Shown: piece after piece, positions 24,300-38,900 of the stretch
Layout of the letters: every line of letters starts with the position of its first letter
Numbering within the stretch: position 1 is the first letter of the stretch
Origin: Phoronis australis
Lineage: Eukaryota > Animalia > Phoronida
DNA length: 64,000 bases
Direction: 5' to 3'
NCBI GenBank assembly: GCA_002633005.1
Contig: NMRA01000026.1
Location: forward strand, 1,322,710-1,386,709
Notes under the pieces: generated by a model
The model's input: the letters and a program-made list of their open reading frames with translations, nothing else
Databases searched by the model: none
Told to the model about the DNA's origin: nothing
Made by a program: the position numbers and the translations under genes

Positions 24300-26927
24300 A
24301 GCATTTCATACTATTATGTTTTGTAGCGTGGTAATTCTACAGAATGGAAGTTGGAATCGATTCTTAAAGTGGTCGACGTGAAAGGAGTCATTGGCATAAG
24401 TTGTCATGTCTTTCACTGTGGGCTGTAGGGAGACTGTCTTGTAGATAGCCATGGTCCATGCGTAAAATTGTTAACATCGACTCGATAGTCAATGGTCTCT
24501 TGTGTCCGTAGCCTTTGACTGTAGCACTTGCATTGTTTCTGGTTGTTAAAACCTAGATGTTTTTTTCTGATTACTGCCTTGTAAAATCAAAACTGAAATT
24601 CTTGTCTTAGGATCACCAAGTGTGCTCACCTGATCCTGCCCAGGTGTGGCTATTATTGACCAGGAAAAGTAGTGGTTAGCGTGCAACAAGCACCAGTATG
24701 ATCTCAATACCTGGGAATGGTAAACACATGAACTTATTTTCAATATTACATGTTAAGTTTGGTGAGCACACCACTTGTTGACCGCCGGTTCAAGATTTAC
24801 ATAAATATTACGCGTCCTACAATCAGTTGTGGATGACATAGGAAAGAATTTTTCTCAAAATCTTTCGAAGTGAATATCATCTTCTCATGCGAGTGTGGAC
24901 ATTTATCATTACTTTGTCTTGACGATAAGTCGATTGGGAGTAAACGTAAATCACGTTCTCAGAGATCACACTTTGAATTGTACTCTGGGGTCCTTTGTCA
25001 ATGGATGGCTAGTTGTTGTTGTTTCTTACCATTATTTATATTTTGCTCAACATATCCAGAGACCATAAATCAATTATTTCCGATCAAGTTGATTAGATTT
25101 TGCCGAGGCATTTCTGACCTACTGGTTTTTACTAGGACTTAAGAGGTTAACCAAGTAAATGGAAATTTTGCAGCATTTTTATTAAAATGATTGCATTTTG
25201 TTCAAGGTGAAATTTGACTGAACTGAATGGCCAAGTTCGTAAATTAGAATATTACAGTAAAGTCTCTCCAATTTCGGACAAAAATAATTTCCAAAATTTC
25301 CCTTTGCAATTTGCAACTGTTTGTAATGTGATTGTGAATGGTCACATTTCTTTAAAATATCTGATGGTAGCTATAATATAGAACTTGAACATACTTGGTG
25401 TGAAATATCTTTCCTGGAAAAATGGCAAATAAAATTTCACTTGTCAGCTATGTTGTGTCCAAAACTGGTGACATTTTTGGCACCTTGCAACTTTGTTTGA
25501 GATAATATAACAAGCATCCACATTGTGGACGTTTTACTGTATAAAAATGATAAGTTGCATGTTCACTCATGTTCATCAAAAGTTTTCAAAACTGGTCACA
25601 GCATGTATGAAAGCAATATTACAACACACTTTGTTTACTTGCTACTGACTTTATTTAGTAGTAATCTGTGGCATACATCTTACAAAAAACAACAAATGTC
25701 ATCACTGATTCAACACATTAACAGCTAAATTTATGCAATAATTTGGGAACCTTGCAGATCTCTAAAGTTGATCAGTCAGATTTTGGCCAAACCTCAGTTA
25801 TAGGATTCCGAGTTATCTACACATTGACATTATATGAATACATTGCAGAATGGTCACATGCCATGCATAACTGGCAAAAATGTTTTACTGAATTCATTTA
25901 CAAACTGTTATAGTTGCCGGAAACTTAAATTTAACAGAATTAGTGAACCATTTCTTGCGAAATTTACATTTTGAAAGGAGTTGCTTCAAAAGACAGGCAC
26001 ATTCATTATTGGTATTCAGCTTCCTGTAAGGGAGCCAGATTAGTTTAACACAATCCATCAAATCCACATTCCACCAAGGTATAGAAAACAGTGAGCTGAA
26101 AATAAACTATCTTAAATCTAGAGCTTCACAAAATGGACACAAAAAAGCAATGTACACAAACTAGCTCACCAATCATTTTATGCAATAAACCAAACGAGAT
26201 GGCATCAAACTCTACTCTAATTGACCAAAGCTGTACAATTTACTTGAATTTATTCTGTGCAGTACCCAAAGCTGGAACACACCAGAACTTTTTGAAAACA
26301 GTTGCTAAATGAATGTGTGCTACTGGTGTAGCTAAGACATTAAAATCTTACTGAATTCAAAGGGTACCAAGATGAGTTGGCTGAAGGTAAATCGCTGTCA
26401 GAATTACCAGCGTGATCTGAAAACAGCACTTTACTCCAACTAAGTTCAGGCTATCCAAACGACATAGCTCATGCAGATATGAACAATAATTTCTCACTAG
26501 TCTTATGAACACTGTTCGTGCACCTACCAACCCTAGTCACGGACACACATCCACTAACACATGTTTACAGGTAACTAAGTTGTCTTTGCAGTCCTCGAGT
26601 CATGTTTGTTAGTCAATAAGAGTCCGCGAGCAATGTTTTTGTGCGTGTAGTGTTTTGTAAATTGGGTTTACAGGCCCATGAGGCGTGTTCTTATGGGAGG
26701 AGCTACATTGAAAAGAAAGTGAGGCATGTTGTTCGATAGCCAGGACCTGTTTACCAAGAGACTTGGTTTGTCGGGCTCACCCACCTATGCTAGTATGTTG
26801 AATGTAGTCATATGTATGTAATTCATTTACAATGTTATTTATATGCCACGGTTTAAATTTCTTAATACGTACATATGAGCTACATACTCATGGACAAATC
26901 ACGAATGTTAGCAGCAACTGACAAAGA

Positions 26928-29900
26928 TCATAGACGATCCCGTATGGCCTTGAGTTTCTGGACAAAAAAGGTTTCGAGGACCTCAGCACACTGGAAAAAA
27001 GGTGAATCACTGGGGTTGTAGTATCGGCAATTATCAAACATCTTCATGACGTCACAGATGAAGTCTCCCAAAGTCCTGTAACTTGCTGACAACAACTTCT
27101 CCTCAACTGTTCTCAGATCTGCAAACACAAGTATGAGACGATAACATAACCTGTTCAAAATACCCATACTCGACTAAACACTACAAACTCTAAAAAGGTC
27201 AAAACTGGTATTGCAACAATACTCCACCTTAATGCATGACGCCATTTATAGACATGAATTACTGTATTTGCCGTAATAACCGCCCATGCCCCTATAAGCG
27301 CCCCTCCCCCACGCGTTTTCAGACTTTGCTAAAATAAGCGCCCAGTCCATGAACGCGTACGTGCGAAAAATGCCTTACCTACAGTTCTAAAATTCTTCAG
27401 TAACGTCTTCAATTTATCAATAATATCCGACAGTCCTGAAAAAAATCATTGTGCGCACAATTTGTAGACCACGAGCCTCACCGCTATGTCGGTATTTAGC
27501 CGTGACTATACACTTCAAACTTCCACCATGCCTCAAAACGAACACAAAAGTTTTGCTGATCTTGCGAGAACACAAAAGTTTTGCTAATCTTGCGAGGACC
27601 GAGGATCTTTCAGAATAGATTGGGGATTGCCTTGTAGATATTTCCCGCTTTCAACAGGAATCCAAATTTCTCTGTACACATGAAAACCGCAAATCGAAGA
27701 CTAATAAAAAGCTTGACCAGAGGGAAAAGCACGTGGCCAGGAAGCGCACGCTACATACATGAACCTGTCGTCAAAGACATTAGTCTGGAACTATCCATTC
27801 ACGAAACGGGTAGCATAGCATCAGCAAGAAATGAATATTGGAACTAATTTCCGACAGTTTCTAATACTATAAAAATGTTTGCGTTATTTTTAAGATCACT
27901 GCTTGATTAACCATAATTGGTGTTTTCAAGAAAAATATCCGATAAAATGACAACTGACAGTGAATGCTTACACACCCTTACACCGAAAAATAACTGTCAG
28001 ATAGTTACGTACGCATCCAGCCTCACGGCGACTAATGTGGGCCTTACTGAGACAAATGTCGAACGTTTTTAGCATACATGTAGATGGCACAATGTAGCAC
28101 AGATTTGTACTTAAACCCGATTCCACGGGATCTTAAAAATCTAAGGGACACTAAAGGAGGATTTCAGGTAATTTGCTTGAGTCGAAACTATTTTTATTCA
28201 AGCATTCAAGTCGCCATGTTGCAAATGTGAGGCAGTCAGTCGGCGAGTTTTCGCCCTGGGATTTCAGCACAATTTTCTGTAAAATGATCGTAATTTAGCA
28301 GCTAAGTTTGATAGCAATGCACCGCGGTTTTGTAGAAAGTCTTTCATAGATTACAGATACGTCACAGAGCGTAAATATGATGAATCTTAGCTTCCGATTT
28401 CACCCGTTTCGGAGACCGGGTTTCAACGGCCTTGGGTTATAATAAGCCACCCCACCTTGAAACAAACTTTTCGAAGCGCCCTGGGCAGTTATTACGGCGA
28501 ATACGGTATATAGAACAATACCACAGGTGATGAGAATGCTAAGGAAATTCGACAACAACTTACCCTGGCAAAAGGAAGCATGTTTGTGATGTATAATTGC
28601 ATGACAATCAAAAACAAGATGGTAAATGCCAAGATTTACAATTTCTGTTGATACAAGTTTATCAATATTAAAGACATTAAGAATATTGCTTTTTAGATTT
28701 GAGAGCCAAGTGAACACAAAGAACATGGTTTGTACATTTTTCACAGACATTAAGTTATTGAATGGTTCTGGCATTACTAAACGTAAATATAAGTTATTGA
28801 ACAGTTCTGACATTATTAAACATAAATATAACTAATTGAATGGTTCTGGCATTATCAAACATAAACATAAGTTATTGAATGGTTCTGACATTATTAAACA
28901 TAACTATAACTTATTGAATGGTTCTGGCTTTATCAAATGTATTATGAGGAACAAGATGGTTTTTAGAAAAGATATCACTCTCGGGCTTTGCCCTCCTCCA
29001 GTGATATTATTTCTAAAAACCATCGAGTTTCTCATAATATGCTTTATAATAACCCTGGAACCACTCAATAACATATTTATCCCTCACTTTTCTGTGATAT
29101 AAAACACGGTCCCCATAGTGTTTTTTAACTTTGATTGTTTCTCGTACATCGATAAATAAATGTTTGAAAGTTCTTTTTTATGTTAAGTAATATTACACTC
29201 AAGTAATACGTCTCAGACATTGAGTATGCTTGCGCATAGCTTGTCTATATACATTTTTTTCAACTCTGCGTGTGCGCTTGTAAATTCTGAGACCCAAGTT
29301 CAAATTCCTTGCAAGCCAAGTTTCGAATTTCCCACCAAATTGATATGTCACGCTGTGACATTTGGTATGTCACTCTGTGGTATTTGATATGTCACTCTGT
29401 GACATAACTGAATTGGTTATTAAATGGTCATATGTCTAGAAAAACCACAATAAGTGAGGTATAAAGTATCTTATACCCACATTGAGTTCAATACTGAATT
29501 ACCCATATACAGACCAATATTGTTCATACACGTGCAGACCAATATTGTTCATACACATGAGGTAATCCTGTGGCTACACTGGGCACCTGTTACATGATGG
29601 GATCTTACCCATGGGTTCTTTGATAGCTTCATAATAGCCAGGTACTTCCTCAGGATCAACTGGTTCAAGGAATGGCCACCCCATCTTGTGCGCCTGAAAT
29701 AATTACAATATTATAATCTTCCCCTCACTGTCTAGCTGCTTTATATTCACTTACAGCTTATCATAAATAAAATACTTAAAAAATATTTCAACAATCCAAT
29801 GAAAACAGCACAATCTCAAACTTTCCATCTACATGTCTATGTTTTTAATCAATTTGAATAAGGACATTCATAGTCCCTTTGAAGATATAGATTTACATAA

Positions 29901-32900
29901 TATAGTAACACAAGGCTATCAACGGAACTTTTAAAAGAAAAGAGTTTACTACCATTTTTGCATTGTGAGAGCCAGCCACTGAAACAGGCATACCTGCAGG
30001 GCTTTGACAAGACGTCTGAGAGCATCAATGTTCTTATTGTTCAGAATTTTCTGATTGTTTGCATTGTCAGCTCCCTTTTGACAGCGAGGACAGATGTACT
30101 CGTCGATGGACTCCGCCTCCACCTTTGTTATTCCAACGCAGCTTCCATGGAACCAATCTTGACAGCGATCACAGCCAATGTAAAATCTACAAAGAGACAT
30201 GAAGATTAACACGAGGAAGACTCACACAGTCATGTACCGTACAAGCCAACAGAAAAACAGTCATGACAGTCAACTTTGCCTGAAGATTCTTTTCCACTTA
30301 ATTCCAGCTGAAAATGACAACATCACAGTTGTAATCTATCACAATCTTCTGATCTCGCCACAGTGCTTCATCATGCAGAGTAACTCAGCATGTTGTCCTT
30401 ATTTCCAATGTACACATGTACAGTGCACTAAGTGGCACGATGTCAACAGCTTCATTACCACAGTTCACAATGCTGTACTGCCCATATTGTACTAAGATTT
30501 TTGATAACACAGTGACAGCCGTTAAACTTTTACTATTAGTTTCGATCACCAAAACTTCTTTTTTGATGACTTTTAGCGGACTTTGTTTAACCTCAACTTA
30601 AGATGCCTGCATACAACTCAGTCGTCGCAAAATCATAATCGCAAACAAAAACGGTAAACAATTTGCAAGATACGTGAATAGGATATTCAATGTTTGTTCT
30701 CGTGAGTATTTTAATGTGGTTGTGCATTTAAAAAGCATGATCACCTGCACAAATTGATTCACATTGCCTTAATGCACTATACTTGGAGCATTGGAACACG
30801 ATCTTTGACTAGACACATCAATAAGGATCACAATATTTCTAGGCACCATCACAACATAAGAAATTCAAGAACAAAAAAATCCAATATTAATACAACTTTT
30901 CATCCGCTCAAAATTACCGACAAATAACTTAACACGAGGATGGGCAGAAAAATAGAATAAAATTCATAGCAACCAAAAAAAAAAACAAACCTCTGCTTAT
31001 TATAGCGAAAGTCAAAACTTTCCAGTATGCTTGGATTCTCATGTTGTTTGTTAAAAAACCTTTGACACCTTGCCTTTGGAAATGGTGTAGTACTTGGCAT
31101 GTATAAACTATACAATCCTGTTACATGTTCCTGCATAACTGAGACTTGCGACCGACCATGTACCTCTTAAAGATACCACATGGCTTGCTCTTACGATTGA
31201 TAAGATTTGAATTTTAGTAGATATAGCTTTTCCACTTAATTTAAATTACCCATCATGACAGTCATACTCCGCTTATATTCAACTGTCATAGAATTCTGTT
31301 TGCACTGAGGTGTCATGATGTGGAGTAATGGGTCATTTTGTATTTTTTGGCTTGTATTGTACTACATATATTTAAAGTTGAATGGAGGATCATTTTAGTA
31401 AGCATAGTTGGTTTTGGTCTCTGTTTTTTTTTTTTGAAAATCAAGTTGGTGTGATACTTATTTAGTGTCTCACTTTCAAAACAGAAAATCCACCTGAGAT
31501 GAGCAAAACAGGAGTTTTTCACTCATCACTTGACAAATCATGGTGTTTCAAACCTTGTCTATCCTTGCTTACATGCCATTATGCAGAAAATGATTTGGGT
31601 AGAGACCAGAACCAGCTATGATTTATTTGGCCTTGCATATGTCAGATCAAATGTTTGACAAGATGACAGGGATAACTTTATCCATCTGCTATATATTTTG
31701 AGTGGATAAGGTTCTTTCCTGCACTGATGAATACTGATGTACCTAAGAATGTTTTCGGGTTCTCTCGTCAGCATCCATTCTCAAACTTATGTTGCCTGTG
31801 GCATCACGATGACTGTCAAGGAATGTGATTGGTATCTACGTCACAATCTGTTTCATTTATGAATAAAAAGTTCTCTTAATTTGAGATTGATATTATGTGC
31901 AAAAAAAAAATAAAACTTGCATGATAAACAAAGGCAAATTTTAAACATGTCGGTATTTGCAAGATTTGTGTCCCAATAGTACGCTCCAAATAAATACTAG
32001 AGAACCAGACAGAATTGGAGACATGTATCAAAGCCATTTACTAAATGTAACTGCCCTCTTCACTTACTGTCTGTCATCGTAGGGTTGCTTACAGAGACAG
32101 TAAAGCTCTTCTGATGAGTCCTCCTGCACTGCCTTGCACTCGTCACACACATAACTGTCAATCAACTGAGCGTCATTCTCGTCGATGCCAACACACGCAC
32201 CATGGAACCAGTTGGAACACAGGTCGCAGCCAATGTAGAACCTGGGGATAAGATATATGATGTATCAAACATGTAAGCCATGAATTCAACAAATAATAGT
32301 TACGAGTAAAACACAAACAAGCTTGAGTAAGACAATACACACAACCTGAGTGACGGGCAACTCCAAATGTTTCTATTTTTTTTTTAAATCAGACACATTC
32401 TTAGAACATAAATGTAAGTCACTAATTTCACTTGTTACTTTCAGAGACAGAAAGAAGACCATGCATTATAGAACAAAGCTCTAATACTCTATCTCAGGAA
32501 CCTTCAGTGAAAGGTTAACACTACATACATTGCATAAACTACATCCACGACTAACTGCTCTATATATAGTGAGCTGAAATACGGCGCAATAGTGCTGAAA
32601 AATCTATCTTGGTTTATTAACTCTTGAGTCAACAAATGTATATGTGATTGACTTACTGCGTATCATCATAAGGAGTCTTGCAGACACAATACAGTTTCCC
32701 AGCTTTTGACGTCTTGTTCCTATTTCCTGTGGAAATGATCTTCTGCTTTTTCTTTTTAGGAGCCATTTCCTGGATATCAGTTACAGAGGGAACTACAGCC
32801 TCTGGTGGTGGGACACCCACTGGGATGACTACAGTTTTGGTGGTAGATATGTCACCAGTGTCGTCTGCTTTCCGTTTAATAGCTTTCTTCTGCTTCTTCA

Positions 32901-35900
32901 ATACATCAGCTACTTCAGTCTGGTAGGGATGAGATTAACTCAAGTTAGAAAGCAGGAAATAATGACTGAACATATTAGAAGGCAGGAAATGATGATTGAA
33001 CATGTTAGAAGGCGGGTAATAATGACTGAACATGTTAGAAGGCGGGTAATAATGATTGAACATGTTAGAAGGCGGGTAATAATGATTGAACATGTTAGAA
33101 GGTGGGTAATAATAATTGAATATGTTACAAGGCAGGTAATAATGATTGAACATGTTAGAAGGCAGGTAATAATTGTTGGTCAAGCAGAATTAACATGCAA
33201 ACTTACACAGAGAACAGCAACCTTGATGGAAACATCAACATTTGACCTATCGCAAGCTCCTCCCCTTTGCAAAAAGTCAAACAAACAATAAGTTCTACCC
33301 GACAACGTGTTGTTTGTAGGGTAAAATGGCAGCTTGGAAACGAAGGTGTATCAAGAATGCTGCGTTCTGACTGGTCAGTTAAGCCGTCACTCTCAATCTT
33401 GGCAATATGTCAATTCGTGCACAAATTCACTGTACAGGCAGCACCTGATTCAAGATGACTTTCATTGACAACTCCACTTGCACTTCTTACTCCAAAAGGT
33501 TTCTGCTCACCCTGACACCTGGAGGTGACCCCATCTACCCAACCAGTCATCTTCACCATTTTATCTCCTTCTCCACAAGGTCCATTCCACAAATGACCAC
33601 TGACCTCAGGTCAGTCCCTCCCCCACCTTAAACTCTACTTTGTCTCTGTCTATATAAGGTCTATTCCACAAGTCACCCCTGATCTGTGGTGAGTCCCACC
33701 AACCCAACCACCTTTAGCGCCACTTGTACAATTTCTACAAGATCCCCACTCATACAACTAGTGACACCTGACGTAAGGTCAACCCCAGCCACCCACTTAA
33801 TTTCATCACTATTTCTTACTAACTAGCTCACTTTGCAACAAAATGGATGATCCTTGACCTGAGGTCAGTTCCACCCACGAGATACTTACCTTAAGCTCCA
33901 CTTGCATCTCTTTCTCCATGAGACCTCTCTTCCTCAGTATTTCCTTCTTCAGTGTTTCCTTCTGTTTGTACAGAAGTGTTGACAACTTGTTGGCCATTAC
34001 TCGTCTCGCCTTTTCGTCTGCCGTCTCAGCTGGCTTCTTCTTGTTCTCCTTCTTGTCACCAGGTCTGAAAAATATTGCCACAAATATCCATTTTCACATA
34101 TTTTCCTTCAGGTGCTGGAAAAGAAATAGCCCAATAGCCCAAGGTTAGCACACCAAACCCTTATGGTGATTTCAAATGAAAACACAGCAACACAGTTTCA
34201 ACAGTTTATGCGCAGACATAAATTCTTATTGAAAGTTTACCAAAACAACCATGAGTTTCAGGAGCAAGTCATATACAGGAAGCTGAAAGCTAGCAGTTTC
34301 AATTCTTGCAGGTATGAGGCTGAAACATCAGTCACCACTGATTTTCAATAATCATTTTGTGAAATGACCATTTATTTGACTTCAAGCTCTAGGCTTTTGA
34401 CCTGTTTCAAAGTTTCAAACTAACCAAACAGACAGTAAATAAAAGTGAAAATCCCAGTCTCTTTATTTTCTAGTTCTTAAACATCAAACTTAAAAAAAAA
34501 AATACTAGCTAAATGCTAACACAAGAAGTGTTGAAAAAGATCTAATATCTTTTGAAAACATCAGGAACCAGTTTCTGACCTAAATACATAAATTAATCTC
34601 ACTTGACTTCTGTCTTCTGCTTGTTCCTCTGCTGCTCTATCAACTGAGCTTGTTGTATCTGTTGCTGCTTCTGCAAGACCTGCCAATAAAGGTCAGGCGA
34701 TTAAACAAAGAAACAACTAGCATGCTATAGGAAGATACCAGCAAATTGTTGACGAAATAAACCACAGATTATCCCAAGCTTCATTTTGTAATAAATAAAG
34801 CATATGAGCTGATGATATAGGTGCACACTGTTTTGTCCACAATACATGGACTTGCTCCACAGACGGCACAATAGGAAATGAGTGCGTGGGACATGGAAGC
34901 AGCAGTGTGAGACAGTTTAATGACATTAGTAACTTTCATGGATGCATGGATGGATCGATGGAAACATGTATTATATGTTGTGTCAATAAACAATTGTCCT
35001 TCATTCAGTGCGACATCCTTTTTTCTTGACTCGCACACTGATGCAACCTGTACCATCAGCAAGAACATCTCATTTACGCCAAAAGGTGGCTCCACTGAGA
35101 GAGGAGATTACTCAGCTCAACCACTAACAGACAAAATGGTAAATGTAAATTTTGATAACAGACAATGTCGTGTAATTTAACATGAGGTTGAATGAACAGA
35201 GAACAGTGTAAAACATGTTTTGATGGCAAAAACAAAATAAAATAATGAAAGCACTTCAAGACACTCTATCCATGGCCAATCAAAGCATGTTTACCAACAC
35301 AGTAATAGACTGTAATAACAACATGTTTACCAACACAGTAATAGACTGTAATAACAGCATGTTTACCAACACAGTAATAGACTGTAATAACAGCATGTTT
35401 ACCAACACAGTAATAGACTGTAATAACAGCATCAAATCAGGTTCACTTTTTGACCTCTTACTTTCTTAGTTCCAACTGTTTACAAGACACTTTTATTGAA
35501 GTGACACAACACAAGTTCTAACAGTCACCTAGCACATCTAATTAGCACGGCAATTAAGTAGGGACATGTATGTGTTTCAATGGTGAGAGTTGTTTTTCTT
35601 AAAATTTTGCCAAGTTCAGAAATAAGACAAGTAAACATGTCTAGTTTTCCAGAGTGAAGTCTGTAGATACCATCTTAAACCATTTGTCTTACTTTTAAGT
35701 TGAAATTTCAAAAGCTGTTCAATAACTTTCAACTTGAAAGGTCTTGAAAGTTAGTTAGTAACACAAAGGATGGCTGAAATACATCATTTTACAACTGGAA
35801 ACCATTTGACAAGCACAAGCAGTGTATAGCGCTGACACAAAAGTTTATCACTTCAGAACTACAAGCACGAGCACTAACAAAGAATACAACTATAAGGCTC

Positions 35901-38900
35901 TTACATTCTGCTGCAAACAATGACTATTGGGGCTACAATGAAGGGTCCAACGTTCCATTTTCAATCTTATCTTGTGTGTACTCAACTTACATTTTGTTAT
36001 TTAAGGGATGTGTAGAAGAGACGGAGAGGTCTGAATTGTGAAACAGTACACTGCTAACAATTCTTGTTTTAAAAATAAAATAGAATGTTTGGACAGCAAA
36101 CATGCTCTTGTCTGATCAATCTCAAGGCGTTGGTTCTTTGTACTGTCAGCATATGAACATCACAACGCTTAAAGCTATGAACATTAAATTAATGAGAAAA
36201 TTTTTAAATGTTTTCTGAGTTATGTAGCAAAGCTCTCAAAGTCTACTTAAGAAACTACAGTAAATGCAATTGGTAAATAAAAAACAGGTTACTATTGCAT
36301 GCTACTTAGAACACATAAATGCAACATATGAGCCCATGCTTTTCTACTACCTGATGCGATGGCTGAAGAGAGCTCAGTGTGTAATGGACCTGCAAGGTGA
36401 ATGAATCAGGCTCACTCTGATCCCAATTGTGGTGAAACCCTTCAGTTTATAATGATTTGCAGATCTTGTAAATATAACTTGAAACTGCCGCTAGTCCTCA
36501 AGAATTAAGGATTTTCTATCTCAAATCATCGTGTCCCTATGAAACACTATTAAATGAGACTGCTTCAATACAGTTGTTTCTGATGACCTTATTCTTTACT
36601 TTAGTATACTGCCAAAATCAATAGTTGATAAATGAGCTACTCCATGGAACTGAACAAAAGTCTTCTATTTAACATCTGAACAGACTGAGAGCAGAAAGCA
36701 GTTGATCACCTCAGGAGCATCCTGAGCTAAGGTTCCATGCCAATACCTGAATATGCACACTTATAAAGGCAGGACTGTTGTCTCTCAAGCGCCATTAGTG
36801 AATTTCAACTCGTCCACTGTCCAATGGAATACCCAGACAACAAATTCATAAAATTGCAGAATTGTGACCACCAATGTCAATACAATGATGGCTTAAAGAA
36901 CTCGTATAGTTTTACCACAAGGCATCCTAGAATGTACTGAAGATGAAATCTAGCAGCACTAGTCAAGGTACCTCTTTCAGTAGTATGGAAACAATAAAAT
37001 AACATCAGAATCAACTGTGTTGTACATTCAACAAAATATGGTAGACAAATGCCTACATACTTTGTTTTCAAAGAGTGCTAGAAAGTGCTTAAAGAAGGCA
37101 CAGACAAGCATCAGTGTACAGCATTAGGGCAAGTGAACCAGTTATAATCACTATTAAACCTTGCGCGGTCCTTTTCCCTTTTGTGACCGCCAACTGCTCC
37201 CATTTACTGACTTAGAATACCCTACTATGACTAGTCACGCTCTGGTACATGTGAGAAGGCAGCCCACCTGTTGAGCAAACTGCGCCTGCAGCTGCTTATC
37301 CTTGCCCTGAAGACTGGCCACGTTAGGCTGCCCAACTGCTGGACTATGACCTTGCATCTGTTTTTGCATAGCCAGCAATTTGGCCTGGATCTCTGGAGCT
37401 TGGTTCTGGAGTAGGGCTTGACGCACAACTGAAAATAAAATGCACTGAGTTGTAGTAGCAATCTTACCCAACTTTTGCCAAACAATATCGACAGTTTACT
37501 TCCTGTTACAATTTAAGCATATGTCTATGTATGGTGACTGCTCAGGGTGGCAAATGTCATGCTTTCACAAAATAAAGAGAAAAATTGTGCACCAAGGGTA
37601 TAAAATCTAGGAAAACTGTTAGACAATGATTCAAGGTTTGGAAGTCATCACAAACTTCTTTGAAATGGATTTTTGGGGAATTATTGTCTGACCTTGATAT
37701 TCCGTGGCGACTTGGGATTTTCCCAGGTCGCCAAACACAATCTAAACTCGCATTGGTAGTCGCCAAATCAAGCACTGAAATAATACCATGTTCTTCCAAA
37801 AGTTGCACTCATCAAAAACAAATTAAGGATTTCGGTACACAGCTTTTCATACTGGTGAAAATTACCACCACAAATTTTTGTTGTGTGTTTGACAAACTAT
37901 CAGGTATGTTTGTATTAAAAACTTAGAAAAAAGTGTGTGCACCATATCAGAAATATGTCTTATGCAACGAAAAGTAACACCTGAACTACTATTAGTACAC
38001 AACAGTACTTCATTTTCAGTTGACACCAGCTAGAGTGCTGAAGATACCAACCTCCCCCTAACATCAAGTCAAAACACATGTTAAGTGTAGATATTCACTA
38101 ACCTTGCTGTACTACACTTGGCGTAACTTGATACTGGCCTGTAGGTGTTGCTGTTACTGTTGCTCCAGCAGAGGCCGCCACTGGTGTCTGTTGAATGGAC
38201 CCCGTCGGTAGAACCACTGTAGGCCTGGGTGTTCCCGTCACAGCTATGGGGCTACGCAACAGCAACTGTTGTCGGATGTTCTGTGGCCCTACAGTAGTCA
38301 CCATTTGTGCAGGCCGAAGCTGGGGCGAGATGACCCTGACGGGTGCCTGTAGGCGAGTCTGCACAGTGGTGACATTATGTTGAGGCTGTACGGGGTTGCT
38401 TGTGATGAGAGAAGGGACGACAGTGCGGGGCGTAGTCTGTAACACGCTCTGGGAAGTACCCTGCACTAGACTCTGCAGGGAGGTGGGAGCCACTGGGATG
38501 GGAGAAACCTTGATGGGTGATTTTGTCAATGTGGGAGTCACAATCTGAAATAAGAAGACAGACAACAAGTGTTACCTTGGTTAATGTGTTTGAAAATGAA
38601 TCAACATTTTCAACTTCAGGAAAATCATTGTTCCAAAATGTTGTAATTACATTGGAATTGGTAAATTCAAAAACTAAAAGCAACAAGATAAAACTTTTAC
38701 AAATATTAAATTATTCCCCAATTATACTTTCAACTAATCATGAAGTACTGCGATAAGTTCACAGTAACCGATTACACATCGGTCCGTTACCTTAGGTGTG
38801 ACGGTGGTGTTTCCTGGCATGGTAGTCACCTGAGTCACCTGTGTAGACACCTGGATAGTGGGCTGAGTGATGGAGGAGGGCGCCACTGGTTGGGCACGGC

